Shown here in pieces: positions 29,541-44,120 of a stretch of 64,000 bases of DNA; the stretch's first letter is position 1; every line of letters begins with the position of its first letter. The stretch is from NCBI GenBank assembly GCA_039028615.1, contig JBCCHT010000036.1, positions 32,001 through 96,000 of the forward strand, written 5' to 3'. The DNA comes from Myxococcota bacterium. Its GTDB lineage: Bacteria; Myxococcota_A; Polyangia; Nannocystales; Nannocystaceae. The position numbers and the translations under genes were made by a program. The notes under the pieces were generated by a model that saw only the letters and a program-made list of their open reading frames with translations, was not told where the DNA came from and did not search any database.

Positions 29541-29765
29541 CACCCAACTCGCCACGGTCCGACCCAACTCGCCACGGCGAGACCCGATTCGCCACGACGG
29601 GACTGGCTGGCGCGGCGAAAGCTCGACCCGAGGCAACACTCGCCACGGTGAACCCGGCACGGACGAGTCCAACTCGCCGCGGCCGAGCCCGTCTCGCTCC
29701 GCGATGCCCGGCTCCGCCGAGACCGGAGCCCCACTCTTCGCTGGCGACGACCGAACTCGCAACGA
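29541..29765. repeat. Non-coding repeat array: three tandem 20-bp units plus three dispersed degenerate copies of core ACTCGCCACG
   Basis: CACCCAACTCGCCACGGTCC / GACCCAACTCGCCACGGCGA / GACCCGATTCGCCACGACGG at 29541-29600; further copies near 29638, 29669 and 29749. Confidence 0.75.
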
Positions 29766-29858
29766 CGGAGCCCGGCGGCCAAACGAATAGACCGACGCGC
29801 CGCTCGAGCCCCCGCGGATGGAGCGTCGGCCCTCGCCGGGACGAACGCTCCCGCGTGA

Positions 29859-31589
29859 CTACTCGAGTACGGGACCCGTTCGCGTCAGACGGATCTCGTA
29901 GGACTTGCCCGCCTCGAACTCGAAAGTGCCACCGTTGACCCAGACCTCGCCGCCGCCGGCCTTCCACACCAGCGTGTGGCGACCCGCCGCGTAGGTGCGT
30001 TTGGCCTTGGGTGCGACGGTGACCGGCCCGTTTTTGCCCACGCGAACCTCGGCGTAGCGCAATGGGCTGCGCAAACCGAAGGCCACCGTCGCCTTGCCCT
30101 TGGGCTTCTTGGACCGGGGTTTGCTGGACGTCTTGGCCGCGGAGCTCGGGCGAGCCTCGTCGGGCGGCGGTGCTTGGGCCGCTCCCGTGCTCGCCTCGCT
30201 GGGCTCCTCGCCCGTGCCGTCGCTGGTGCGTTCACCCGAGGTCGTGCCCGCGTCGGGGTCGATCCCCCCCGACTCTTCCGTCGCGGGGGCGCCCTGCCCC
30301 ACCCCATCCGCGACGGGATCCGGCGCGGCCGCAGCCGCGGCCTTCGAGGGTGGCTCGGCCGCAGGTTCACCCGAGGCGGGCTCGCTGGGCTCGGGGGCAG
30401 GCTCGTCCCCCGTCAGCGCGAACACCCCGACGCCGCCCAGGACGACGCCCGCTCCGGCCATGCCTCCCACCAAGAAAAAGAAGCGCCGACGCGAGGCCGA
30501 GTCGGGGGCCGGTGGCGCTCCCGCGACGGTCTCGGCGTTCACGGGCACCCTCCCCTGCGACGGCACGGCCCCGGAGGTCCGCGTGGGCGTCACCGAAGAC
30601 GCGGATGCCGACGCGGTGTCGGCCATCGCATCGACCTGCACCGCCTCCGACGGCTGGGACCCGGAGCGCTCGATGCCCGAGCGCGGCCCCTGGACCCCCA
30701 TCGCGGCCCGGCACAGCTGCGCCAGCTCGACCGCCATGTTGCGGTAGCCGGCCCATGCCGACAGGTACTCCAGGGCTCGCCCCGCGCTGGGAATGCGCTG
30801 ACGGGTCTCCCCCTGTAACAGCCCCAGGCGTAGCGAGACCAGCTCCGGGGGCAACCCGGGCACCTCGAGCGGCGGAATCTGCCCGCCCAGGATGTGGCCA
30901 TAAAGGTCGACCTCGTCGAGGCCGTGGCGAAACTTGTCGCCCGACAAAAGCTCGTGGAGCACCGCGCCCGCCCCGTACAGGTCCACCGTGGGCTCGCGGC
31001 TATGCCCGGCCAGCTGCTCGGGCGCCATGTAGCGGAGCTTGCCCTTGATGTGCATGCCCGTGGTCTCTTCGCTGGCGAGCCGAGCCACGCCGAAGTCGGC
31101 GATCTTGACCTCGCCCGAGGTGCTGATGAGCACGTTGTGCGGGGACATGTCCCGATGCACCACGCACAGCTGCTGCCCCTCGTGGATCAGATGATGGGCG
31201 TAGGCCAGCCCGCGCAGGACCTCGCCGATGATGTAGCCCGTCATGCGGGGGTCGAGGGGCTGGCCCGAGCGTCGCTGCAGCTCCATCAGCTGAGCGAGGT
31301 TGAGGCCATCGATCCACTCCATCACCAGGAACAGCCGGCCCTCGTCCTCCCCCGCGTCGAAGACCTGCACCACATTGGAGTGGGTCATCAGCATCGACAG
31401 CCGGGCCTCGTCGAGGAACATCCGGCGGTGACGCTCGTCACCCGCCACCCGCGGGGCCATCAGCTTGATCGCGACGGACTTGGTCGCATGCCCCACGCTG
31501 GCGCGGCGGCCCATCCAGACCTCGGCCATGCCACCGCGCCCGATGGGGCGAACGAGCTCGTACTGCCCTACGGTCTGGGTCTGCGACAC
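29859..31589 (-). CDS. Hanks-type Ser/Thr protein kinase with a TM segment and an extracytoplasmic beta domain
   Basis: IGRGGMAEVW, VAIK, HRDMSPHNVL, DFG, GKLRYMAPEQ, TM FFFLVGGMAGAGVVLGGVGVFAL. Confidence 0.93.
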   Translation of the reverse strand: MSQTQTVGQYELVRPIGRGGMAEVWMGRRASVGHATKSVAIKLMAPRVAGDERHRRMFLDEARLSMLMTHSNVVQVFDAGEDEGRLFLVMEWIDGLNLAQLMELQRRSGQPLDPRMTGYIIGEVLRGLAYAHHLIHEGQQLCVVHRDMSPHNVLISTSGEVKIADFGVARLASEETTGMHIKGKLRYMAPEQLAGHSREPTVDLYGAGAVLHELLSGDKFRHGLDEVDLYGHILGGQIPPLEVPGLPPELVSLRLGLLQGETRQRIPSAGRALEYLSAWAGYRNMAVELAQLCRAAMGVQGPRSGIERSGSQPSEAVQVDAMADTASASASSVTPTRTSGAVPSQGRVPVNAETVAGAPPAPDSASRRRFFFLVGGMAGAGVVLGGVGVFALTGDEPAPEPSEPASGEPAAEPPSKAAAAAAPDPVADGVGQGAPATEESGGIDPDAGTTSGERTSDGTGEEPSEASTGAAQAPPPDEARPSSAAKTSSKPRSKKPKGKATVAFGLRSPLRYAEVRVGKNGPVTVAPKAKRTYAAGRHTLVWKAGGGEVWVNGGTFEFEAGKSYEIRLTRTGPVLE

Positions 31590-31726
31590 GCTGCGGACGA
31601 GCCTGGCGGCGCGGGCTCTACCCTGTCAAGGACGCGGCCGGCGACCGTGTCTTTCCCAGGTCGAATGCCGTCCGCACGGGCGTGCGTCCGTCGCCGAAAT
31701 GCGACGAAAGCCGCGACACAGCCGGC

Positions 31727-32605
31727 TCACCCGCCCGTCGGGCCGGTCATCGCCTCGAGCTGTCGCCACAGCACCGGATCGTAGCGCTCCGGTCCGTAGT
31801 ACTTGAACGTCTTCTTCTCGTGCTGCCACACCGGCCCTCGGTCCTCGCAGCCGTGGAAGCGATCGGAGCGCGAGCAGTAGATGCGAATGTGGAAGTGGTT
31901 GTCGTGCGGCAGCGAGTCGCCGGGTTGGTTCATCACCCGGTCGGCGTAGGTGATGAGCCACTCCGGTCGCTTCTTGCGACGAGCGTAGCGAAGCAGCCGG
32001 GCCTTGAGCCCGCGCGACACGAAGATCCACTGGACCCGAACGGTGGGGTCCATCAGCAGGGTCTCGATGAAGCGCCAGTTCGCGCCCTTGTCGAACTGTC
32101 GCTTGGACCAGTCCTCGTCCTTGTATCCATCCGCGAACTCGGCGGGCAGGATCGGCAGGCCCTCGCCGCTGAAGACGATCATGTCTTCCTCGGGGGGCGG
32201 CATGGGGCGACCGGCGGCGGTGTCCGTATAAAAGAGCAGGTCGAAGTCCCGGCCCGACTGGTGGCTCTTGTGCCAGATCGAGCGCCCGCCCGCCTGCGGG
32301 GAGATGTCGGCGATGCCCGCGGTGGCCCGCTTGTAGCGCGCCCGAACCCGCTTGGCGGCATGCTCGATGGCCCCCACGAGTTCGTCGGTCCCGTAGCGGA
32401 AACCTCGTTTGCGCCACCTCTCGGGGATCTTGTAGCCGATGCCCCGGTTGCGCAGCTTGGCGCCGCGGCGCAGGCGACCGCGGCTGGTGACGCCCACGGA
32501 GACGGAGCTGCCGTCCGTCCACATGCTGGGAGTCGCGCACGAGGCCGCGCCCAGGCTCAGGCCGAGCACCAGGGCAGCACAGAGAGACGTACGCGCGCGG
32601 ACCAT
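31727..32605 (-). CDS. mepA: Penicillin-insensitive murein endopeptidase-like lipoprotein
   Basis: Lipoprotein-like signal (GAASC), RYGTDEL, DIS..GG, HKSHQSGRDFD, HDNHFHIRIYC. Confidence 0.82.
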   Translation of the reverse strand: MVRARTSLCAALVLGLSLGAASCATPSMWTDGSSVSVGVTSRGRLRRGAKLRNRGIGYKIPERWRKRGFRYGTDELVGAIEHAAKRVRARYKRATAGIADISPQAGGRSIWHKSHQSGRDFDLLFYTDTAAGRPMPPPEEDMIVFSGEGLPILPAEFADGYKDEDWSKRQFDKGANWRFIETLLMDPTVRVQWIFVSRGLKARLLRYARRKKRPEWLITYADRVMNQPGDSLPHDNHFHIRIYCSRSDRFHGCEDRGPVWQHEKKTFKYYGPERYDPVLWRQLEAMTGPTGG

Positions 32606-32723
32606 CGTCGGGACCACCAGCTCGCAGTGTAGCCGGCTGCTTCGTCCGCCGCCAAAACGAGACGAGGGCGCCCCCCGGAATGCTCCAGGTAGCGCCCTCG
32701 TGGGCTGGCGCGATGCGCCGGGC

Positions 32724-34670
<1,947 letters not shown>

Positions 34671-34833
34671 GGGAGGTGCGGGTCCTTTCTAAGAACGCGG
34701 GGGTGAACTCGTTCGGGAGACGTTGGGGAGAAGTCGGACCGGAGCGCGGATGTCCGCGGCTTCGGCTTCGCTCCTGGGAGGAGCGTGAGGTCCCGCGCGC
34801 CCCCAACGGCAGCGCAGGCTTCGAGCGGCCCGC

Positions 34834-34861
34834 AGCCTAAGGCCACGGTGGACCAAGTCAA
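34834..34861 (-). promoter_or_regulatory. Sigma70-type promoter of dnaK
   Basis: TTGACT-N16-TAGGCT on the minus strand. Confidence 0.45.
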
Positions 34862-34941
34862 CCCCCCAAAAACCGCTTGGAACGGGCTTTTTGTGGGGGA
34901 ACGCGGCCGGACCGGAACGAGCGACCGAATCCGGGCACGCG

Positions 34942-34971
34942 AAAACGGGGCCCCGTAGCTCACGGGGCCCT
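34942..34971 (-). terminator. Intrinsic terminator after lon
   Basis: AAAAC-GGGGCCCCGT-AGCTC-ACGGGGCCC; U-tract on the minus strand. Confidence 0.7.
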
Positions 34972-35014
34972 GTCGAGGTCGCCAACCCGGAGGATGGCGA
35001 CCCATTCCCGAGGA

Positions 35015-37435
<2,421 letters not shown>

Positions 37436-37456
37436 CTAGGGCGTTTTCCGGCGGCA

Positions 37457-37484
37457 ACCGTAACACCGGGCCGGATCGTGTCAA
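37457..37484 (-). promoter_or_regulatory. Sigma70-type promoter of lon
   Basis: TTGACA-N16-TACGGT with an extended TG. Confidence 0.5.
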
Positions 37485-37548
37485 CCGGTTGGGCGGGCCG
37501 GGGCCGGAGACCCCCGCCGGGAGTGCAATGGGTGCTAGGCTCCACCCC

Positions 37549-39414
<1,866 letters not shown>

Positions 39415-39419
39415 ACCAA

Positions 39420-39452
39420 CAAAAAGAGCCCGGAGCGGCCGGCTCCGAGCTC
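39420..39452 (-). terminator. Terminator hairpin between the convergent activator and small gene
   Basis: AAAAA-GAGCCCGGAGC-GGCCG-GCTCCGAGCTC. Confidence 0.6.
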
Positions 39453-39477
39453 GATTCGTGCACCGCGAGGGCTCGCG

Positions 39478-39660
39478 TCAGTCCCAGCGGCTTCGCACCG
39501 CGCGACGCGGACGCTGGTCGAAGTGCTCATCGGCGTCGAGCTCCTCGAGAAGCTCCAGCTCTTCCTTGCCCAGCGATTCGTGGTGGGAGAACGAGCCGCG
39601 CAGGGCCTCGCGCTGAAAGTCTTGGAAGCTGTTGTACCCGCTGCGGAAGTAGCTGCTCAC
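39478..39660 (-). CDS. Small (60 aa) acidic hypothetical protein, divergent from parA
   Basis: GTG start with an AGGAG SD upstream; (M)SSYFRSGYNSFQDFQREALRGSFSHHESLGKEELELLEELDADEHFDQRPRRAVRSRWD; has its own terminator. Confidence 0.7.
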   Translation of the reverse strand: MSSYFRSGYNSFQDFQREALRGSFSHHESLGKEELELLEELDADEHFDQRPRRAVRSRWD

Positions 39661-39954
39661 GTGTCGTCGTCTCCTGAAGCTCGTAGTCGATTGCGTGGGG
39701 GGTGAAGGGGCCGGGGAAAGGCCGGGCTGCCGCGGTCGCATCGCGGGGGCTTCGGTCCTCGTCGAGCCCGTCGCGGCCCGTCCGGTGAGCAGAAGGTATT
39801 CCTTGCACCTACATGTAGACAAGAATCTTACCGATCCACGAAATCCTGAACGGCTTGTCAGTTCGGGACCTGGGGACAGCCTCAGGCCCGCCCCCATCGA
39901 TGACTGCCGCCCCGGGCTGCTCAGGCCCCGCGACAGTGGTAAGGATGGCCGGCC

Positions 39955-40782
39955 GTGCCCAGCACTTCTGCCGCCCAACGCCGCGCGCCACAGTCCCGCC
40001 CCACCGTCATCGCCATCAGCAACCAAAAGGGTGGCGAGGGGAAGACGACGACGGCCGTGAACCTGGCCGCCAGCCTCGCTGCCGGTGAAAAACGAGTGCT
40101 GCTGGTCGATCTCGATCCGCAGTCGAACGCGAGCTCTTCGGTCGGCTTCCCGCGCGGCACCGTGGACGCGGGCACCTACGAGCTGCTGCTCGGCGGGGTG
40201 CGAGCGACCGACATCGTCAAGGCCACCGAGCTCCCCACCCTATGGGTGATCCCAGCGTCGGAGCACCTGGCAGCGGCCGAGGTCGAGCTGGTCAACGTCG
40301 ACGACCGCGAGACCGCGCTGCGCCGCGCTCTCGCCCCGCTGTGGGACGACGACCGCTTCGACTACGTGATCTTCGATTGCCCGCCCTCGCTCGGGCTGCT
40401 CACCATCAATGCGTTGGTCGCCGCCGATCGGGTCATCATCCCGATGCAGGCCAAGTATTTCTCGCTCGAGGGCCTCGGGGCGCTCAACGGCACCATCGAT
40501 GCGGTCAAGCAGGGGCTCAACCCCCAGCTGACGATCGAAGGCATCGTGTTCTGCATGTTCGACGCCCGCACCAACCTCGCCCAGCAGGTGGTCAGCGAGG
40601 TCCGCGAGCACTTCGGCAACATCGTCTACGAGACGGTGGTGCCCATCAACATTCGCCTGTCCGAGAGCCCCAGCTTCGGCAAGCCGGCCCTGCTCTACGA
40701 CATCGAGAGCAAGGGCGCCCAGGCGTACTTGGCGTTGGCCCGCGAGGTCCTGTCGCGCTTCGAGACCCGAGGTGCCGCGTGA
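39955..40782 (+). CDS. parA: Chromosome partitioning ATPase ParA/Soj
   Basis: NQKGGEGKTTT, VDLDPQSNAS, DCPPSLG, NIRLSESPSFG. Confidence 0.93.
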   Translation: MPSTSAAQRRAPQSRPTVIAISNQKGGEGKTTTAVNLAASLAAGEKRVLLVDLDPQSNASSSVGFPRGTVDAGTYELLLGGVRATDIVKATELPTLWVIPASEHLAAAEVELVNVDDRETALRRALAPLWDDDRFDYVIFDCPPSLGLLTINALVAADRVIIPMQAKYFSLEGLGALNGTIDAVKQGLNPQLTIEGIVFCMFDARTNLAQQVVSEVREHFGNIVYETVVPINIRLSESPSFGKPALLYDIESKGAQAYLALAREVLSRFETRGAA

Positions 40783-41765
40783 GCAGCAGCAAGAGCAGCA
40801 AGGGCGGCAAGAGCAGCAAGCGTCGACCCGCTCTGGGGCGCGGCCTGGGTGCGCTGCTGCCCACGGCTCCCTCGGCCCCGTCCAGCACCGAGGCAGCCCC
40901 TGCGCCGAGCGTAGAGCCGGGAGAGACCGCCGCGCCGCCCGGCGAAGGCCTGCGCACGATTCCCATCGAGCGGCTGTCACCGGGACCGGACCAGCCCCGC
41001 AAGTACTTCGATCCGGACGCGCTGGCCGAGCTGGCGAGCAGCATCGAGACCCAAGGCATCATCCAGCCGATCGTGGTGTGCCCCGGTCCGCCCAGCCCGG
41101 GCCAGCCCCGCCACTACCTCATCGTCGCGGGTGAGCGACGGTGGCGAGCCGCCCAGCAAGCGGGCCTGCACGAGGTGCCGGTCGTCGTGCGCGACGTGGA
41201 CGACGAAGAGCGGCTCGAGCTGGCCTTGGTCGAGAACATCCAGCGCGCCGACCTCAACCCGATCGAAGAGGCCCGCGCCTACTCGCAGCTGCTCACGCTG
41301 CGCAGCTGGACCCAAGACGAGCTCGCCGGTCGCGTGGGCAAGGACCGCAGCACCATCGCCAATGCGCTGCGTCTTCTGCGGCTGCCCGACAAGGTCCAGG
41401 AATTCGTCCGTGAAGGTCGACTCTCGATGGGTCACGCCCGCACCCTGCTGGGGCTCGAGCAAGAGGCCGACATCGTGTCGCTCGCCAAGGAGGTCCTGCG
41501 CTCGGGCATGAGCGTGCGGGCCACCGAGCAGGCCGTCCGCAAGCACAACGCCCCCGCCGCGGCCCCGGCCAACCCCGACGACGACGCGCAGCGCCGCAAG
41601 ATCATCGTCAAGGAGCTCGAAGACCGGCTGCGTCGCCGGCTCGGCGTGCGGGTGAAGCTCAAGGCCCGCGGCAAGAACAAGGGCACGGGGACCGTCGAGA
41701 TCCCCTACGCCAGCCTCGACGAGCTCGATCGCGTCCTGCAGGTGATCATGGGCAACGCGAACTGA
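40779..41765 (+). CDS. parB: Chromosome partitioning protein ParB/Spo0J
   Basis: ALGRGLGALL, QPRKYF, GIIQPIVV, AGERRWRAA, ENIQRADLNPIEEA, GKDRSTIANALRLL. GTGA overlap with parA. Confidence 0.95.
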   Translation: MSSSKSSKGGKSSKRRPALGRGLGALLPTAPSAPSSTEAAPAPSVEPGETAAPPGEGLRTIPIERLSPGPDQPRKYFDPDALAELASSIETQGIIQPIVVCPGPPSPGQPRHYLIVAGERRWRAAQQAGLHEVPVVVRDVDDEERLELALVENIQRADLNPIEEARAYSQLLTLRSWTQDELAGRVGKDRSTIANALRLLRLPDKVQEFVREGRLSMGHARTLLGLEQEADIVSLAKEVLRSGMSVRATEQAVRKHNAPAAAPANPDDDAQRRKIIVKELEDRLRRRLGVRVKLKARGKNKGTGTVEIPYASLDELDRVLQVIMGNAN

Positions 41766-41959
41766 ATCTCGTTGTCGAGGCGTGCGAAATGTGAGGGTCT
41801 ACCCCACCTCGTTCGGCCTCAAATGCAACGCGAGCACGAGCGTTCGACGGCGCGATTTGCACGGGACGGTCATGAACCGAACCCCCGGAGCGAATCAATG
41901 CCGCAATTTCCGTATGGGAGCTAGCGAGCGGAGCGCGTCATCGGCGAGACTGAGTCCGC

Positions 41960-42736
41960 GTGCCCCAAGACGATGGCAAGGGCGAAGAGGGGTCGGTTCA
42001 GGCACCCGCGCCCGCAGACGATTCCAACCCGTCGAGTCGACGGAAGGATCCCCGCGTCTCGCAGGTGCTCCCGCTCGAGTACCGTAACGCCGGCCATCTT
42101 CTCGTCAGCTACTGCACCAACTTGTCACGCGGCGGGGTGTTCCTGCCGACGCCCGACCCGTTGCCGCCCGGCGAAGCGCTGACGCTGTCGCTGCGGGTGC
42201 CCGGTCACGACAAGCCGGTCCAGCTGCACGCCCGCGTCCGCTGGGTGCGAAGCACCGACTCCGAGCGAGGCCCCGCGGGCATGGGCCTGTCCTTCAAGAA
42301 TGTCGACGCCGTACTCGGCGACACCATCGATTCGATCGTGTCCGGTTTCTTGCCGCTCCGCGTCGACCTGGTCGGGGCCCGGCCGGCGGCGTGGCATCAC
42401 GTGGCCGCGCTGGTGCGCGCGCTGCTGACCTGCGAGACTCACGAGCATCCGCTGTCGCCCGACCTCGCGCCTTCGCTCGGCGATGCGGACTTGGTCATCG
42501 TGGATCTGGAGCGCTACCCGGAGCAGGGCATCGTGGTGCTCGAAGGGTTGAGCTCCCTGCCCCGCCCGCCGCCACGCATCGCGCTGTGCCCCGGTCGCGA
42601 CGAGATGCTGCGCAGCAAGGCCGGGGTGCTGGCCCGCGTGGTGCCCACGCCCGCCGACAACGGCGAGCTGCGGCAGCAGGTGCTCGAGGCGGTCAGCGAA
42701 GTGCATGCACGCTGGCCTCCCGTCGACGCCAAGTGA
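41960..42736 (+). CDS. PilZ-domain protein with a degenerate receiver-like C-terminal region
   Basis: RxxxR (RKDPR) and NxSxxG (NLSRGG) motifs, ARVRWVR, GMGLSF; C-terminal DLVIVDLE. Confidence 0.82.
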   Translation: MPQDDGKGEEGSVQAPAPADDSNPSSRRKDPRVSQVLPLEYRNAGHLLVSYCTNLSRGGVFLPTPDPLPPGEALTLSLRVPGHDKPVQLHARVRWVRSTDSERGPAGMGLSFKNVDAVLGDTIDSIVSGFLPLRVDLVGARPAAWHHVAALVRALLTCETHEHPLSPDLAPSLGDADLVIVDLERYPEQGIVVLEGLSSLPRPPPRIALCPGRDEMLRSKAGVLARVVPTPADNGELRQQVLEAVSEVHARWPPVDAK

Positions 42737-42817
42737 AGGCGGAGACTCCAGGTGCACGAAACCCGAGCACCCCACCGCGACGACGCGGACGGGCTCGGGT
42801 CGGCTCGCCGACCCGGG

Positions 42818-43666
42818 CTAGCGCTGCTCGGCCGAGGTGACGACGTTGCGCATGAGGCCGGCGATGGTCATCGGACCCACGCCGCCGGGCACGGGCGTGA
42901 TGGCGCCCGCGCGCTCTTTGGCCGCCTCGAAGTCGACGTCGCCCGCGAGCTTGCCCGTATCGAGCCGGTTCATGCCGACGTCGATGATGGTCGCGCCGGG
43001 CCGAATCCACTCACCTTGGACCAGGTTGGCTCGGCCCACGGCCGCGACCACGATGTCGGCACGAGAGACCTCTTCGGCCAAGTCGGTGGTACGCGAGTGA
43101 GCGATGGTCACCGTGGCATGGGCCGCGAGCAGTAGCTGCGCCATGGGCTTACCCACGATATTCGAACGCCCAATGACCAGCGCCCGCTTGCCCGCGGGAT
43201 CGCAGCCGGCTTCTTCGAGCAGCCGCATGCAGCCGGCCGGAGTGCAGGGCACGAAGCGCGGCTTGCCGAGCATGAGCCGCCCCAGGTTGTCGGGGTGAAA
43301 GCCGTCGACGTCCTTGGCCGGATCGATCGCCAGCAGCACCGCGTCGGAATCGATGTGCGACGGCAGCGGAAGCTGAACGAGGATGCCGTCGACCTGGGCG
43401 TCGGCGTTGAGCTCGGCGATGAGCCCGAGCAACGACTCGGTGGTGGTGTCGTCGGCGGGCAGTCGGTGGTCGCGGGTGGCGATGCCGACCTCGGCCGCCC
43501 GGCGCCCCTTGTTGCGCACGTAGATCTGCGAGGCGGGATCGTCACCGACCAACACCACCGCCAAGGTCGGTGTCACTCCCCGGGCCGCGCAGGCCTCGAC
43601 GCGCACGCGGACCTCGTCGAGGACCCGGGCGGAGATCGCTTTGCCGTCGATGATCGCGGCGGTCAT
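42818..43666 (-). CDS. folD: Methylenetetrahydrofolate dehydrogenase/cyclohydrolase
   Basis: [45 protein letters not shown]. Confidence 0.97.
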   Translation of the reverse strand: MTAAIIDGKAISARVLDEVRVRVEACAARGVTPTLAVVLVGDDPASQIYVRNKGRRAAEVGIATRDHRLPADDTTTESLLGLIAELNADAQVDGILVQLPLPSHIDSDAVLLAIDPAKDVDGFHPDNLGRLMLGKPRFVPCTPAGCMRLLEEAGCDPAGKRALVIGRSNIVGKPMAQLLLAAHATVTIAHSRTTDLAEEVSRADIVVAAVGRANLVQGEWIRPGATIIDVGMNRLDTGKLAGDVDFEAAKERAGAITPVPGGVGPMTIAGLMRNVVTSAEQR

Positions 43667-44019
43667 GCCGACGCCGCCGACGAAGAGCCACCGCTCGAGG
43701 ACGACGAGCCACCGCTCGAGGACGACGAACCACCGTCGGAACTGCTGCTCGACGTGGACGCGCTGGAGCTGGAATCGGAGCTGGAGCTACCACTGTCGCT
43801 CGAGCTGCTTCCTCCGCTGCTGCTGCCTCCACCGCCCGTGGTGCTGCCGTAGCCGTCCTTGTACCAACCGCCCCCTTTGAGGTGGAACGCGGCGGAGGTG
43901 ATCTGCTTCTCCAACCGACCGCCGCAGCTGGAACACTCCGTCAGCGGATCGTCGGAGAAGCGCTGGATGTGCTCCTCTTCCGCACCGCAGTCTTGGCACT
44001 CGTACACGTAGATCGGCAT
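43663..44019 (-). CDS. FmdB-family zinc-ribbon protein with a Ser/Gly tail
   Basis: [32 protein letters not shown]. The tail includes a 21-bp repeat at 43679-43735. Confidence 0.88.
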   Translation of the reverse strand: MPIYVYECQDCGAEEEHIQRFSDDPLTECSSCGGRLEKQITSAAFHLKGGGWYKDGYGSTTGGGGSSSGGSSSSDSGSSSSDSSSSASTSSSSSDGGSSSSSGGSSSSSGGSSSAASA

Positions 44020-44120
44020 GAGACCGGCGAACTGTAGGCATTGGAGTTCTGCCGTCAAGGCGCCGCGGCCCCGCCGCGAGACTCGGTTCGCTCCAGCTGG
44101 AGAGCGTCGTCGCAATTTTC

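Noticed and set aside
29541..29765. Possible CRISPR array
   Set aside because: Units are adjacent or irregularly spaced and degenerate, with no unique 30-40-bp spacers and no cas genes. Kept only as a repeat array.
28983..29967. Several 99-222-aa ORFs in the MerR-kinase intergenic region
   Set aside because: Arg/Ser-rich and motif-less in all frames, and the 20-bp repeat period does not preserve frame.
37519..37540. CIRCE operator near lon (GAGTGCAA / GGTGCTAG)
   Set aside because: Only right-half-like sequences are present, with no TTAGCACTC partner at 9-bp spacing. Better explained as the -10 region of the divergent activator gene.
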